From assembly GCF_009914755.1 (NCBI RefSeq), contig NC_060932.1: DNA of 64,000 nt; one strand, 5' to 3'. The first letter of the stretch is position 1, and each line of letters starts with the position of its first letter. The position numbers and the translations under genes were made by a program. Below the pieces are notes generated by a model. It searched no databases, was not told the DNA's origin, and worked only from the letters and a program-made list of their open reading frames with translations. Shown here in pieces: positions 30,570-44,887 of the stretch. The stretch is from the human T2T-CHM13v2.0 reference genome, Homo sapiens.

Positions 30570-31712
30570 CTTACACCATTCTGGAAGTTAGCCTTAAGAA
30601 AGAATTTATGACCAAGTCCTCAAAAGCAATTGCAACAAAAACAAAAATTTACAAGTGGAGCCTAATTAAAGAGCTTCCGTACAACAAAAGAAACTATCAA
30701 TAGAGTAAACAGACAACCTACAGAATGAGAGAAAATATTTACAAACTGTGCATCCAACAAAGGTCTAATATCCACAATCTATAAGGAACTAAGCAAATCA
30801 ACAAGTGAAAAATAAGTAAACCCATTAAAAAGTGGGCAAAAGACATGAACTGGTACTTCTCAAAAGAAGACATATAAGCAGCCAACAAATATAAGAAAAA
30901 AAATGCTCTTGATCACTAATCATCAGATAAATGAAAATCAAAACCACAATGAGATACTATCTCACACCTGTCAGAATGGCTATTATTAAAAAACAAACAA
31001 AAATAACAGATGTGAGTGAGGCTTCAGAGAAAAGAAAATGCTTATACACTGTTGATGACAACGTAAATTACTTCAGCCACTTTGGAAAACAATTTGGAGA
31101 TTTCTCAAAGGACTTAAAACAGAACTACCATTCACCCCAGCAATCCCATTACTGGGTATATACCTGAAAGAAAATAAATTATTTTACCAAAAAGACACAG
31201 GGAGTCACATGTTTATCACAGCACTATTCACAAGAGCAAAGGCGCTGAATCAACCTAGGTGGGCATCAGCCCTGGGCAACGTAGGTGCCCATCAATGGTG
31301 GGTTAAATAAAGAAAATGTGGTACATATATACACCATGGAACACTATGCAGCCATAAAAATAATGAAATCATGTCATCTGCAACAATATGTATGCAGCTG
31401 GAGGTCGTTATCCTAAGCAACTTAACACAGGAACAGAAAACCAAATACCGCATGTTCCATTTGTAAGCGGAAGCTAAACATTGAGTACACATGGACATAA
31501 AGATGGGAACAATAGACACTGGGGACTGCTAGAGCAGAAAGAGAGGGAGGAGGGCATGGGCTGACAAACTGCTTATCAGGTATTATGCTCACTACTTGAG
31601 TGACAGGATCATCTGTACCCCAAACCTCAGCATCATGCAATAAACCTATGTAGCAAATCTGCACATGTACCCCCGAATCTAAAATAAAAGTTGAAATTAT
31701 TTTTAAAAAAGA
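30570..31712 (+). mobile_element. Old L1PA (about L1PA15/16) 3' fragment
   Basis: ORF2 C-terminal similarity ([17 protein letters not shown]); 3' end ...ctgcacatgtacccccgaatctaaaataaaagttgaa. Confidence 0.88.
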
Positions 31713-31734
31713 TTTGAGACAGAAAAAAAAGAGA

Positions 31735-32112
31735 AAGGAATATTATTTGGCAATAAAAAGGAGTAAAGTACTTGTATATGCTACAACACGGATGAATCTT
31801 GAAATCTTGCTGAGCAAAGGAAGCCAAACACAAAAGAACACAAATTATATTGTTCCGTGTATATGAAATGCCCAGAATAGGTAAATCTATAGAGACAGTA
31901 GATTAGTGGTTGTGTAGAGGTGGGGGAAAGTAGGAGGGAGAAAATGGGAAATGAGTAGTAATGGGTATGAGATTTCTCTTTTCAGTTATAAAAATGTTCT
32001 AAACTTAAATTTTGAGAGTGATTGCACAATTCTGAATATAAGAAACCACTGAATTGCACACTTTAAATGGTTGGCTTTTATGGCATTGAATCATATTTCA
32101 ATAAAGATGTTT
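31735..32112 (+). mobile_element. L1MB-type 3' fragment
   Basis: ataaaaaggag...atgctacaacacggatgaatcttgaaa...gtagattagtggttg...tcaataaagatgtt. Confidence 0.7.
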
Positions 32113-33067
32113 ACAATTTTAAATTTAACTTAATTTAACATTTAAAAAATTTTCTTAATCTTTTAGAAGTTGAGTTTCTCTTTCTTTAAGGTAAGAAGGC
32201 TGTTGTTGTTGTCCTAAATTCTCTGTCATTGCCAATATGTCCTATTATTCTATTCCATGTGATCTTTGGAGAACTCTCACATCAAGAAATTTATTTTCCA
32301 GAAAATAAAAAAGTCATTTCAATAAAAGAAAACCTATATATTGCAGAAATAGAACCAGTAGATTAGTTTCATGGGAACACGTTTTGCTTTGCTAGGAAAC
32401 AGATATTTCTACTACTTGAAGATATCTGAAAATTTAATGATCAGCCTCAAACAGTCATGAGTCCTTCCCGATTTCTGCAGGTGATATGACATTATATCAA
32501 ATGACACTGAGGTCTCTTTGTACACTAAGATTGCAAGGTTTGTTAGTATAAAACCTTTTCTGATTACTAATCTTTCTTCTGTGACATTTTTGTGGCCTTA
32601 TAATAATTTAAAATAATGACCTTTCTGCCTATAATTCACTTTTCTTTGTTCATTATTTCTCATGAAAATAGTATTCTCATCATAATAATACCATTTACAA
32701 GTCCAGCTGGTAAATTTTCCATCATTAGTTTATGTAATTACTATACAAGTTACTGCTGTAGCAAGACAGCTCCTGGGATCATTGCCATCAAAATACAAAA
32801 AAAAAAAAAATTAAAAATAGGAAATATTTGGAAGACAGAAGAAAATACTGTCATGCTTTAAAAATACATATTTTAAAATACAAATTTTTAACTTCATGTG
32901 AATTCAAAAGATATAATTTATTCAAGTTAAAAATGAAGTGGATATGTATAGAATAGTGATATATGAGTTTTGTAACACTTTTAAAATAATTAATGTTATA
33001 AATCAGAATTTCCCAGATAATGGTCAAAAGAATACCACTTCTTCAGGTTGCTAAAGGTATTAAATAG

Positions 33068-33618
33068 TCATATGGTTTGGCTTTGTATCCCCACCCAAAT
33101 CTCATGTTGAATTGTAATCCCCTGTGTGAAAGGTGGGGCCTGGTGGGAAGTGATTGGATCATGGGGTTGGTTTCTAATGGTTTAGCACCATTCCCGTAGT
33201 ACTGTCTCCTGATAGAGTTCTCACAAGATCTGGTTGTTTTTAAGTGTGTGTGTGGCATCTTCCTCCTCTCTCTCTTGCTCCTTCTCTGGCCATGTAAGAC
33301 GTTTCTCCTTCCGCTACGCCTTCTGCCATGATTGTAAGTTTCCTGAGGCCTCCCCAGCCATGCTTCCTGTATAATCTGTGGAACCATGAGCCAATTAAAC
33401 CTCTTCTTTATAAATTACTCAGTCTCAGCTCTTGGGAGGCCAAGGCAAGAGGATCATTTGAGTCCAGGAGTTTGAGACCAGTCTATGCAGCATAGGGAGA
33501 CCCTGTCTCTTTAAAATAAAATAAAATAAAATAAAATAAAATAAAATATCAAATAGAATAAAATAAAATACCCAGGCTCAGGTAGTTATTTATACCAGTG
33601 TGAAAAAGGACTAATACA
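33068..33618 (+). mobile_element. MSTA-type solo LTR interrupted by an Alu monomer fragment and (TAAAA)n
   Basis: atatggtttggct...ccccacccaaatctcatgttgaattgtaatcccc start; ...ggactaataca end; Alu fragment about 33430-33512. Confidence 0.85.
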
Positions 33619-34156
33619 ATTATCTAAACAAAGGAAGGCATTGTCCAATCAATTGTTTGGAAAGCACTGGGTTAAAGTTAAACACCTTTAATTACAAAGG
33701 GCTTCTCGGAGACTTTACTATGCTAATGCGCACGCTGACTGTCCAAGATGATACATTGATTATCAACTGCATTTCCCAAACCTGTTTGTTCACAGAGCTC
33801 TCTTTTTTTTTTTACAGAGCATCTCTCAGGGATTCTTAAAATAAAATAAGTCACTGTGAATACACAAAGGAAATGAAAACATATACAGAGTGTGAAATAA
33901 CAGCCAAAAAGGTAAAAAGTCACTTACTGTTTAGGAAAGAGGAGAAGGGCTTGACATTTGTGATGAAGACAAACAGTGGTTTGGGGAGTGAGTAAGAGCT
34001 AGGGAGTAGCAGAACTTCTTGACACTTAGTGAGATGTCTAAAGAATCTCTTAACATAAACAACCCGAAGCCACTTGTTAAAACTTTGACATGACATATTT
34101 CAAATTAAAAATGTGCAGATGGGAGGAACCAAATGTAGACGCTTGCTATAATGTTA

Positions 34157-34172
34157 TGGCGACCTCTTGTGG
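34157..34172 (-). promoter_or_regulatory. Candidate CTCF motif
   Basis: Minus strand CCACAAGAGGTCGCCA versus consensus CCASYAGRKGGCRS. Confidence 0.45.
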
Positions 34173-35664
34173 TTCAAAATCAAAATGACCTTTGAAAAAT
34201 TAATTCGGCCACCCGAAGCAAATATTTTGGTGCTTCAATAAGCAACTTTAGTGTTCCCCCAAATTGTTATCAGAGGTTCTCTTTAAGAGTGGTATTAAGT
34301 AGCTTTAATCTCATATATTTTTGTAATGGTTCAATTTTTATAAAAAGTATGCATTGCTCTGATAAGCAGAAAAGAAAATAAGGACAATAAAATATAATAA
34401 AATATAGACAAAAATTATCATCTTTCCCAGGTAATTACTCATTTCACTGCAATCAGAATATAGAATTTGGATTAAAGTACTAAGTAATTCCTTTAAGCAT
34501 TTGAAATATATAGCTATTCCATGATTTTGAACTTCTTACTTTTGCTTTGTAGTTATACCTACATTAAATATTTTATCCAAATATTAACAAATGATGATTG
34601 ATTTTCCCATTTTTCTAATTCAAATAAAAATTCTTGCCACTAGACAGATTTTGTAATAAGAGATGAAATAAGGTCCCTGAAGAACAGTGAGATACTATGA
34701 AGGAAGATGTACTAAATCAGGTCCAGGTTTAATTAATATATAATAGCAAAAATATTATTTTGTTAAAATACAAAAGGTAAACCATTTGGGCAAATAACAC
34801 ATTACAAATTACTGCCAAGGAAGATTTAATAGCCATCCAACACCTGAAATTCTTTTAGTCTTCTCTTCAGGAAGAAGAAAATATTAAAATACTCATAACT
34901 TTAAATCGCCAAAATCAACAAAGCATAAATGGCCCCACTTCCAACTCCAAATATAAGAGATCCTTCTAGGTGAAGTAGTCCAGAAAGTCAATGACTCTGG
35001 CGACAGTTCACAAATTCTTCTCTGTTTATCAAAAGCAAGTTAAACCAGGAGTGTGCTCTGGCTGAGGAGCATAGTATCTGTTCAGAATCAATGTCAAGTG
35101 AGCAATCAGGTTTGCCTGCTGTGTTCTGATACTGAAGACAGACACATGCTAAGTTTTCTCACTGTAATCTGCCTTAGTCAAGTTAGAATTCTTGAAGAAC
35201 GTACACAGGCATCAAGTTCATACGACCTTATAATTCACTTTTTCCAGGATAATGTTTTTCTTGGACTGATATGGAAGGTTTGTTTTGTTTTGACATGTTC
35301 TAATTAGAAAAACTTCAGTAGTGGAGGGAAAGTTAAGAAAAGGTAACCACATAGCCATCCACAAAAGCACTGTTCCCTACTGAGCACATCTGCTCTTAGA
35401 ATCTGCCTCCTGGGCCCTCACTTTAGATTCCAGAGAGAAGTGTGGGGCCATCACACCACGTATTGTACCGTCCACGCACTGCAGGGGCTTTGCATTTTTC
35501 TGAACATGCATTAAGAACTGCAATCTTCCTGGATCCCAGCACTTTGGTAGGCCAAGGTAGGAGGATCACTTGAGCCCAGGTGAGCAGACTGGGCAACATA
35601 GTGAGATCCCATATCTTTTTTTTTTAATTTCCTTTTTTTTAACAAAAGAACTGCCGTCTTCTCA

Positions 35665-36339
35665 AAGCTAATCAACGTTGCTGCAAATGGATTTCCTTCT
35701 CTTTTAGGACTAAATAAATAATAATAAATAATACATACTCCATTTTATATATATACACACAGACACACATATGTATATACACATATACATATAAATCTAT
35801 TCGCTTTATCAATTTTCTTTATCCATTCATCCATTGAATGGACACTGTGTTTCCATGTCTTGGCTATTGTGAATAATGCTGCAATGAACATGGGAGTGTA
35901 AATATCTCTTTGAGATACTGACTTTGTTTCCTTTGGACATATGCCCACAAGTGGGATTAAGAAGACAAAAACTGTATGATCTCACTTAGATGAGGCATCT
36001 GAAAAAGCTGAACTCATAGAAAAAAAGAGCAGAAGTAGAATGCTGATTGCCAGGGGCTGGAGGACGGGGGAAATGGGGAGATGTTTGTCCAGGAGTACTA
36101 ATGTTCAGTTACAAGGTGAGTAAATCTGGGGACCTAATGTGCAGCATGGTGAGTATAGGTGACAATACTGTATGGTACACTTAAAATTTAAGAGACTAGA
36201 TCTTAAATTTTTCTCTTTATACATACACATACAAAAAAAGATAATCATTTCACAATGTATACATGTATCAAAAATTCACATTCTATACAATAAATATATT
36301 CAAATTTTGTCAATTATATTTTAATAAAGCAGCAGGAAT
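35665..36339. mobile_element. L1M-type element with inverted 5' part (about 35665-35958 minus, 35960-36339 plus)
   Basis: Antisense L1 (ccatgtcttggctattgtgaataatgctgcaatgaacatggg) joined to a sense 3' end with aataaa; aagaactgc on both flanks. Confidence 0.7.
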
Positions 36340-36457
36340 AAGAACTGCAATGTTAAATCAGAGCTTCTCAGAGAACAGCTCATTCCAGGTCTGGGCAAAA
36401 AATTGTACAAAATGAGCTTGGAAGATCCAGTCATTACAGAAAGCAAGGAAGCTATCA

Positions 36458-36751
<294 letters not shown>

Positions 36752-36814
36752 GAAAAAAGAAAGAAAGAAAGAAAGAAAGACAGGAAGGAAGGAAGGAAGG
36801 AAGGAAGGAAGGAA

Positions 36815-36868
<54 letters not shown>

Positions 36869-36877
36869 GACAGAGAG

Positions 36878-36919
<42 letters not shown>

Positions 36920-37181
36920 GGACAGAGAGAGAGAAAGAGAGAAAGAAAGAAAGAAGGAAGGAAGGAAGGAAGGAAGGAAGGAAGGAAGGAAGGAAGGAAA
37001 GAAGGAAGGAAGGAAAGAATGAAAGAAAGAAAGAGAAAGAGAGAGAGAGAAAGGAAGGAAAGAAGGAAAGAAGGAAAGAAAGAGAAAGAGAGAGAGAGAA
37101 AGGAAGGAAGGAAGGAAGGAAAGAAGGAAAGAAGGAAGGAAGGAAGGAAAAGGGAGGGAGGGAAGGAAGGAAGGAAGGAAA
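36752..37181. repeat. Compound (GAAA)n/(GGAA)n/(GA)n polypurine tract, about 430 bp
   Basis: Read directly; almost exclusively A/G. Confidence 0.97.
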
Positions 37182-37234
37182 CACAAAAAAATCCTGCCAG
37201 AGTTATATCAAAAGAACATGTTAATCATGTTTAA

Positions 37235-37589
<355 letters not shown>

Positions 37590-38144
37590 TATCCTGCCTT
37601 TTCTATACAAACTATATACTAGGGTAACCAATAGTTGATGTAGTTTCTTTTTTAGAGTATTTCAGCTAATGAATGAAGGAGTAATAAACTAAAAATATAA
37701 TTATTTTGTTATTCCTAATGAAATAGTGGATCTAGGTGGTGATCATAAATGGCTGCTTTGAAAAAAAAAAGTGAGAGACAAATGTTACATGCATTCTGAT
37801 GCAAGTATTCAGTACTGTTGTGAGTGTTCTTGCAAAAGAAAAATCTAACATAAGTGTGATCTAGCCTCCAGATCTAACTACCAATTTATAGGAATTACAG
37901 GGGACACCACAACATGTTAAATGACGCCACACGATGCAATCAGCAAATTCCAAATGTGCAAAACTCTACAGGGTACATGACCCACCAGTTTCTTAAAAAG
38001 AAGGGTTAGAGGAGGGAAGGCATATCTAAAAGAAAATATAAAACACGTAAACCAATTGTAGTGTCTCCTATTCAAATAAACCGACGGCAAAAAAATAAAA
38101 TAAAAATTATAAAACAATTGGGAAAATTTGAACATTGACTAGAT

Positions 38145-38453
38145 TTTGGGTTTTTGTTGTTGTTTGTTTGTTTGTTTGAAACAGAGTCTTACCCTGTCTC
38201 CCAGGCTGGAGTGCAGTGGAGTGATCTCGGCTCACTGTAAACTCCGCCTCCTGGGTTCAAGCTATTCTCCTGCCTCAGCCTTAGCTGGGACAACAGGCAC
38301 CCACCACCATGCCCGGCTAATTTTTTTATTTTTAGTAAAGATGGGGTTTTGCCATGTTGGCCAGGTTAGTCTCAAACTCCTGACCTCAGGTAATCCACCT
38401 GCCTTGGCCTTCCAAAGTGTTGGGATTACAGGCGTGAGCCACCGTGTCCAGCC
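38145..38453 (-). mobile_element. Alu (AluS-like)
   Basis: Antisense Alu; ctagattttg on both flanks. Confidence 0.9.
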
Positions 38454-38629
38454 TAGATTTTGTTGATATTAAGGAATAACTTTAAGTATGCTAATAGAAT
38501 TGTGATTATATTGCAAAAGGATCTTTATCTTTTAGAGATATTGAAATGTTTATGGATAAAATAATACATCTTGGTTTTACTTGAAAATAATTCAGGGTGG
38601 GAAGAAAGCAAGCAAGGTTATATATAGAT

Positions 38630-38853
38630 CAGGGGTTGGCAAATTATACCCTAGTAGTCAAATCTGACCCACGAACTGTTTTTGTAAATAAAGCTTTACT
38701 GGAACACAGTCACATTCGTTCATTTATGTGTGATATGCGGCTGCTTCTCCACTACGATAGCAAAGTTGAGTCATTTCAATAGAGTTGAAATGGCCGACAA
38801 TTCCTAAAATATTTACTATTTGACCTATATAAAAAATACTTTACTGATCCTTT
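38630..38853. mobile_element. MER58A-like hAT DNA transposon
   Basis: caggggttggcaaa...tgtttttgtaaataaagctttactggaacacag...cctaaaatatttactatt. Confidence 0.8.
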
Positions 38854-38984
38854 GTATAACTGACACAAGGTTGGCCATGAGTCCATAATTATTGAAGGTA
38901 GGTGATGGATACGTGGGGGTTAATTATAGTAGTGTTTCTTTCCTGTATGTTTAAAATTTCCCATCATAAAAAGCTTAAAAGTTT

Positions 38985-39369
<385 letters not shown>

Positions 39370-40059
39370 TAAAGTGCTGATAGTCCTAGGAGAGAGCTTT
39401 GACCTGGCCTTTGATTGGCTATTAACGATGGCATCATAGTTCTGCTCTGAGGGGCAATGTGTACCACACACTGCCTCTAAAGATGCTTTCAGGGGCTGAG
39501 GGTGAATATGACTGTCCACCCTGACAATTATTTTAGAGTTGGCAAAGCCTTGGCTGCCTTAGCTGCATCGAAGACATCAGAGGACTGTGTGCTGTGTGGG
39601 AAGCAGCCTTCTTCTCCTTTGCTTTTGCATTGCGCTTTGAAGAACCTACCACATCTAGAAAGAAACTTTTTATGCTCAAAATAACAGACACTTTACCTCT
39701 TCAAGGAATATCTCCTTTCCTTGCAGAATAAATTGATCCTCTAATGCTATGAAGATAATGACTCTTGGGAGCCCCTGAAGTTGACAAAAAGTCACAATAA
39801 TTCCTATACATCCTATACAGGTATACACGCATCCACAATTATATATGTATGTGTGTTAGGCTACAAAACCACAAAATAACCTCACTCTTCAGATACACTT
39901 GCCAAGTATAGTGTTTCCTAGAGAAACAGGGAATTAAAGATTCTGTAAAAGTAATTTTAAGTCATTTTAAAACTCTGACTCTAGTTAATTCACGAAATGA
40001 GTATTGAATTATCTGCCCCCACAAGGCATGCTACTAAGCACTGAAGAGATGGAAAAATG

Positions 40060-40613
<554 letters not shown>

Positions 40614-40630
40614 TTACAGTGGTTTTTGTA

Positions 40631-41045
40631 CAATAGTCCCTCCTAATCCACCCCAACGGATGCCAAACTCTTTATATACTATGTTTTTTTCCTGTACATA
40701 CATACCAGTGTAATTTAAAGTTTATCTATAAATTAGATGCACTACTCTTGCACGTTGGGTCCATTATTAAGTAAAATAAATGTTATTTGAACACAAAACA
40801 ACTGCCTTGACAGTTGGTTTGATAATTGAGATGGCTACTAAGTGACTCACAAGCAGGGGGTGCCTACAGCCTGGAGGACAAAGGGAGGATTCATGTTCTG
40901 GCTAGGGCATAGGGGGCTGGCGAGAGAAAGATTTCATCACACTATTCAGAATGACACAAAATTTAAAGTGTATGAATTATTTATTTCTGGAATTTTCCAT
41001 TTAATATTTTCAGACTGTCATTGACCATGGATAACTAAAACTGTA
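40631..41045. mobile_element. MER44/Tigger7-like DNA transposon
   Basis: caatagtccctcctaatcc terminus; gatttcatcacactattcagaatg...tatgaattatttatttctggaattttccatttaatattttcagac. Confidence 0.75.
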
Positions 41046-41769
41046 GCTTCCTTTCACCAAGTACTTAGCACACACGCCCACCTGTGCTAAGCATGCTAAA
41101 GATTTTATCTTATTTAATTTTTGCAACAACCTATGAGGCAGGTGTTATTATTTCTATTTTACGCATGAAAACACTGGCCATTAGAGAGATGGAGCCACAA
41201 ACCCATGCCTGCCACATTCCAAAGCCCACTCTCCTGAACATCATTGGTAGTTTAAACACTGGAATGACAATTTTATTATGTTTTCACCATAAGGACCCAT
41301 TTATAAAGAAACTCCAGATCTTGTCATTCTATTGGGTTTCCTCTCATCTCTTGTGAGCTTGATGGCATTTATGACGAGTACCTTTAGCAGGAGTGAGACA
41401 TTTTTGCTTCTGCCAGGCGAGAAGGACAATGTGAAGGGAAGGGGAATACTTTGCTGCCTTACCCATCAATTTCATAATAACAAAAGATGTGGGTGACTAT
41501 TATTTTAAAGATGCATTGAAATTGTCACTACATATAAATGTAAAATATGGCAAATTGGAAAGTTGTTTTGCACACACAACAGCAAAATTCCTTTTTTTTT
41601 TTTTTTTGAGCATGTTGACGTCCAGGACTGGCTCTAGGCAAGACTGTGAAGAAGCTATGGTGTGCACATTTAACAACTGGCTGTCCATAAAAATGTATGG
41701 CATGTTTATTTTAAATTTTACTGATGCAAAGAATGTGTCTCAACCAATTTATAAGCAACAGTAAAATAA

Positions 41770-42055
<286 letters not shown>

Positions 42056-43589
42056 AAAAAAATACTCTTTATTGTAAATTCCAATTCAATAGTCAATTGA
42101 TTTTCACAGAATGCTTTCATTGATTTTTTTGTTTGTTCAATTCTTCTATCTGTACCCAACCTATACTTGGAATTGACAAATAAGTGAATATCCAACATAA
42201 ATGTTGGCTAATATTTCTATTTACATTAATGAACAATATGAAAGTGAAACAACGAAGACATATGTAAAACTTCTCTTGATCTTCATAAAGGGAGTGGCTT
42301 CCTTGCTGAATCAGATAACAGTTTTTAAATACTGAAAGAACATTTCTTCAAATTTTTTTGCAATTTACAATATAATGGCTATAAACATTACATACTTTTA
42401 CTTTGCTTTATTAACATTTTCTCCATCTTTTTCTCAAGTCCAGACAATTAACCAAACAGTGAATCAAGCCCTGATTTGTAGCATTTGCCCATTTTCATGG
42501 TATAAATACTTCATTCCTGCCATGGTCTGCTGCAAGCTACCGTCATTATGTCATTAAACCCGGAGTTGAGAAGAGATGCATGAGAGCATGTCATTATATA
42601 GAATATCTACCTTACAAATACAATAGACATAATAACCTCAAGTGCATAAATAACAGTAAAACATAGTAAAATAATTTAAAAAAGATAAGTGTGGTATTTA
42701 TAATTTATTTAAGTTGTATTAGTTTGAACTCTATAAAACTGTGGATATGTAACCATCTTTAGACCACAGAAGTGATAAATAAGTGACTGATTCAACATAA
42801 AACACACTCAGGATGTTTAAGGATGGTGGAATTGTGGTGGGTGGATAGAGAATGATAACAATAATGGCAGCCTCTACTATTTATTGAATACTTTCAAAGT
42901 CTGGGCACTGTGAAAAGCTAGGTTTGATTCTCTGTGATTTTCAACAATCAAAGCAGAATTTACATTGATTCCTTTTTATCTAGCTTCTCCCAAACAGTTC
43001 GGAAAAACCCTGATAGAGACTGGAGAATTTCTGGGACTTTAGTTCCAATTAAAGATTTGACACAATATATATGAAACACTTTATATGCAAATAGCATTCA
43101 TGATATTTTACATAATTTTTTAACTAAATACAATATATAGCAGAACAAGCACTCCTTTTGGAGTATGAAACTCAACACAAGTCCCAGCTTCATTAAATAC
43201 TTACTGTATTGCCAGCTGTGCATTTTGAGCTGCCTCACAGCTTCTGAGGGCTGGTTCCTTATTTGTGATTTTAGTAATAATACTGTCTGTGCAGATTCAC
43301 ATTGCAGAATAAACAGGAGATTCAAGTAGGAAAAAGAAAATAGAGTGCCTTCTAAACAGTCCAATTTTGCAGAGGTAGTGGCTTATTATTATAGAATCAT
43401 AGCCTTCTGTATCTGTTTCCAGGATTGTTTCCTGGGCTATGCCCTTCGACTGGCTGGGAAGCAACTACCAGCCTTTGGCAATTTTAGGGCATTTCTGACC
43501 ATTTGTCTTACAAATGAACTGTGTGGTAGAATTAGGTTCTCATGACTCTTCAAATTGCCTAGTCACATTTGATTTACTTATATTATAAT

Positions 43590-43893
43590 AATAATGATAA
43601 TAATAATTATCATTATTATTTTGAGACAGAGTCTCACTCTGTCCTCCAGGCTGGAGTGCAGTGGCACAATCTTAGCTTACTGCAACTTCCGCCTCCCACG
43701 TTCAATCGATTGTCGTGCCTCAGCCTCCCGAGTAGCTGGGATTACAGGCATGCACCACAAAGCCTGGCTAATTTTTGTATTTTTGGTAGAGACGAGGTTT
43801 CACCGTGCTGGCCAAGCTGGTCTCCACCTCAGGTGATCTGCCCCGCTAAGCCTCCGCAAGTGCTGGGATTACAGGTAAGCCATCATGCCAGCC
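43590..43893 (-). mobile_element. Alu (AluS-like)
   Basis: Antisense Alu body. Confidence 0.88.
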
Positions 43894-43994
43894 TAAATTA
43901 AATTATTTTTATTAAAAACCCTCTCTTTGTTCATATTGATAGTCCTCAAAGAATTTTGGATTAGTGTAAATTACAGTTGAAAGCTCAGCTGGTG

Positions 43995-44375
43995 GTAGGA
44001 ATGTTTACAAAACATTCAGGAGTTTGAAGCCTCCCAATAGTAAAGCTGGGAAGGGTCCCATCTGTGGGAGAGTAAGAATTGAGCCTGGATCCTCCCCTGA
44101 CTCTCATATCTCTTTTTCCCAATCGTGGTTTGTTGCCTGGGTTTACTTGGGTCATCTGGCTGATTCATTGTTGCTGTATAAACAGGGCTGAGTGTGCTGT
44201 GTTGAAAGCCACTGAAACCAGAGGAAACTAGTCACAAAAACCCTGACTATCACCTGATAGATTGCTTGTGCTGCCTGATAATTACTCGCACTTTTCCCAG
44301 GCTAGTGCAAATCTTCAGGGGCCGTCCAGGACTACAGAGCTGTTTCACCCTACCTTGGCTTCAATCTCTTCCCCC
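43995..44375 (+). promoter_or_regulatory. ATP6V0D2: ATP6V0D2 proximal promoter / 5'UTR (no CpG island)
   Basis: Unique sequence upstream of the ATG; TATAAAC at 44177, forkhead-type TGTTTAC at 44002, GGAAA at 44223; TSS not determinable from sequence. Confidence 0.55.
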
Positions 44376-44505
44376 ATGCTCGAAGGTGCGGAGCTGTACT
44401 TCAACGTGGACCATGGCTACCTGGAGGGCCTGGTTCGAGGATGCAAGGCCAGCCTCCTGACCCAGCAAGACTATATCAACCTGGTCCAGTGTGAGACCCT
44501 AGAAG
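44376..44505 (+). CDS. ATP6V0D2: V-type proton ATPase V0 subunit d2, coding exon 1 (130 nt)
   Basis: [43 protein letters not shown] is the V0 d-subunit N-terminus; donor G|gtaagt at 44505/44506. Confidence 0.97.
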
Positions 44506-44887
44506 GTAAGTGTAGCTCTTCTCACCCTTTAAAAAGAAAAAAAAAAAAATGAAATGATGTCCCTCTCCAGAAGCATGGAGAAAAAAAGCCCATAATCATA
44601 TGGTTTGAGAGTTCTGAGCAGATCCTTATTCCTGCAGTCCAGATTTCTGGGGTCCATAAACTTGAATGAGGAAAAAAAAATAAATCTCTATTTTTAATCT
44701 CTAAGTGAACTATAACATCTTTCATTACTAATGTAGGCAACAAATCACAGTAGTTGAGATAAGTAGTATCTGTGACACTGTCACCAACAAAAATTCAATG
44801 TTTTCATATCCCTTTAAAGTTCTTGCAGATACCTTGAAATGTCATGTATGTTTTCTCTATTTTGAAGTAAGATACCACACTCATCCT

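Noticed and set aside
33922-33930. Minus-strand donor-like ACA|GTAAGT near the CTCF-like motif as an upstream PSKH2 exon
   Set aside because: An isolated splice-like motif is common by chance; cannot be supported without transcript data
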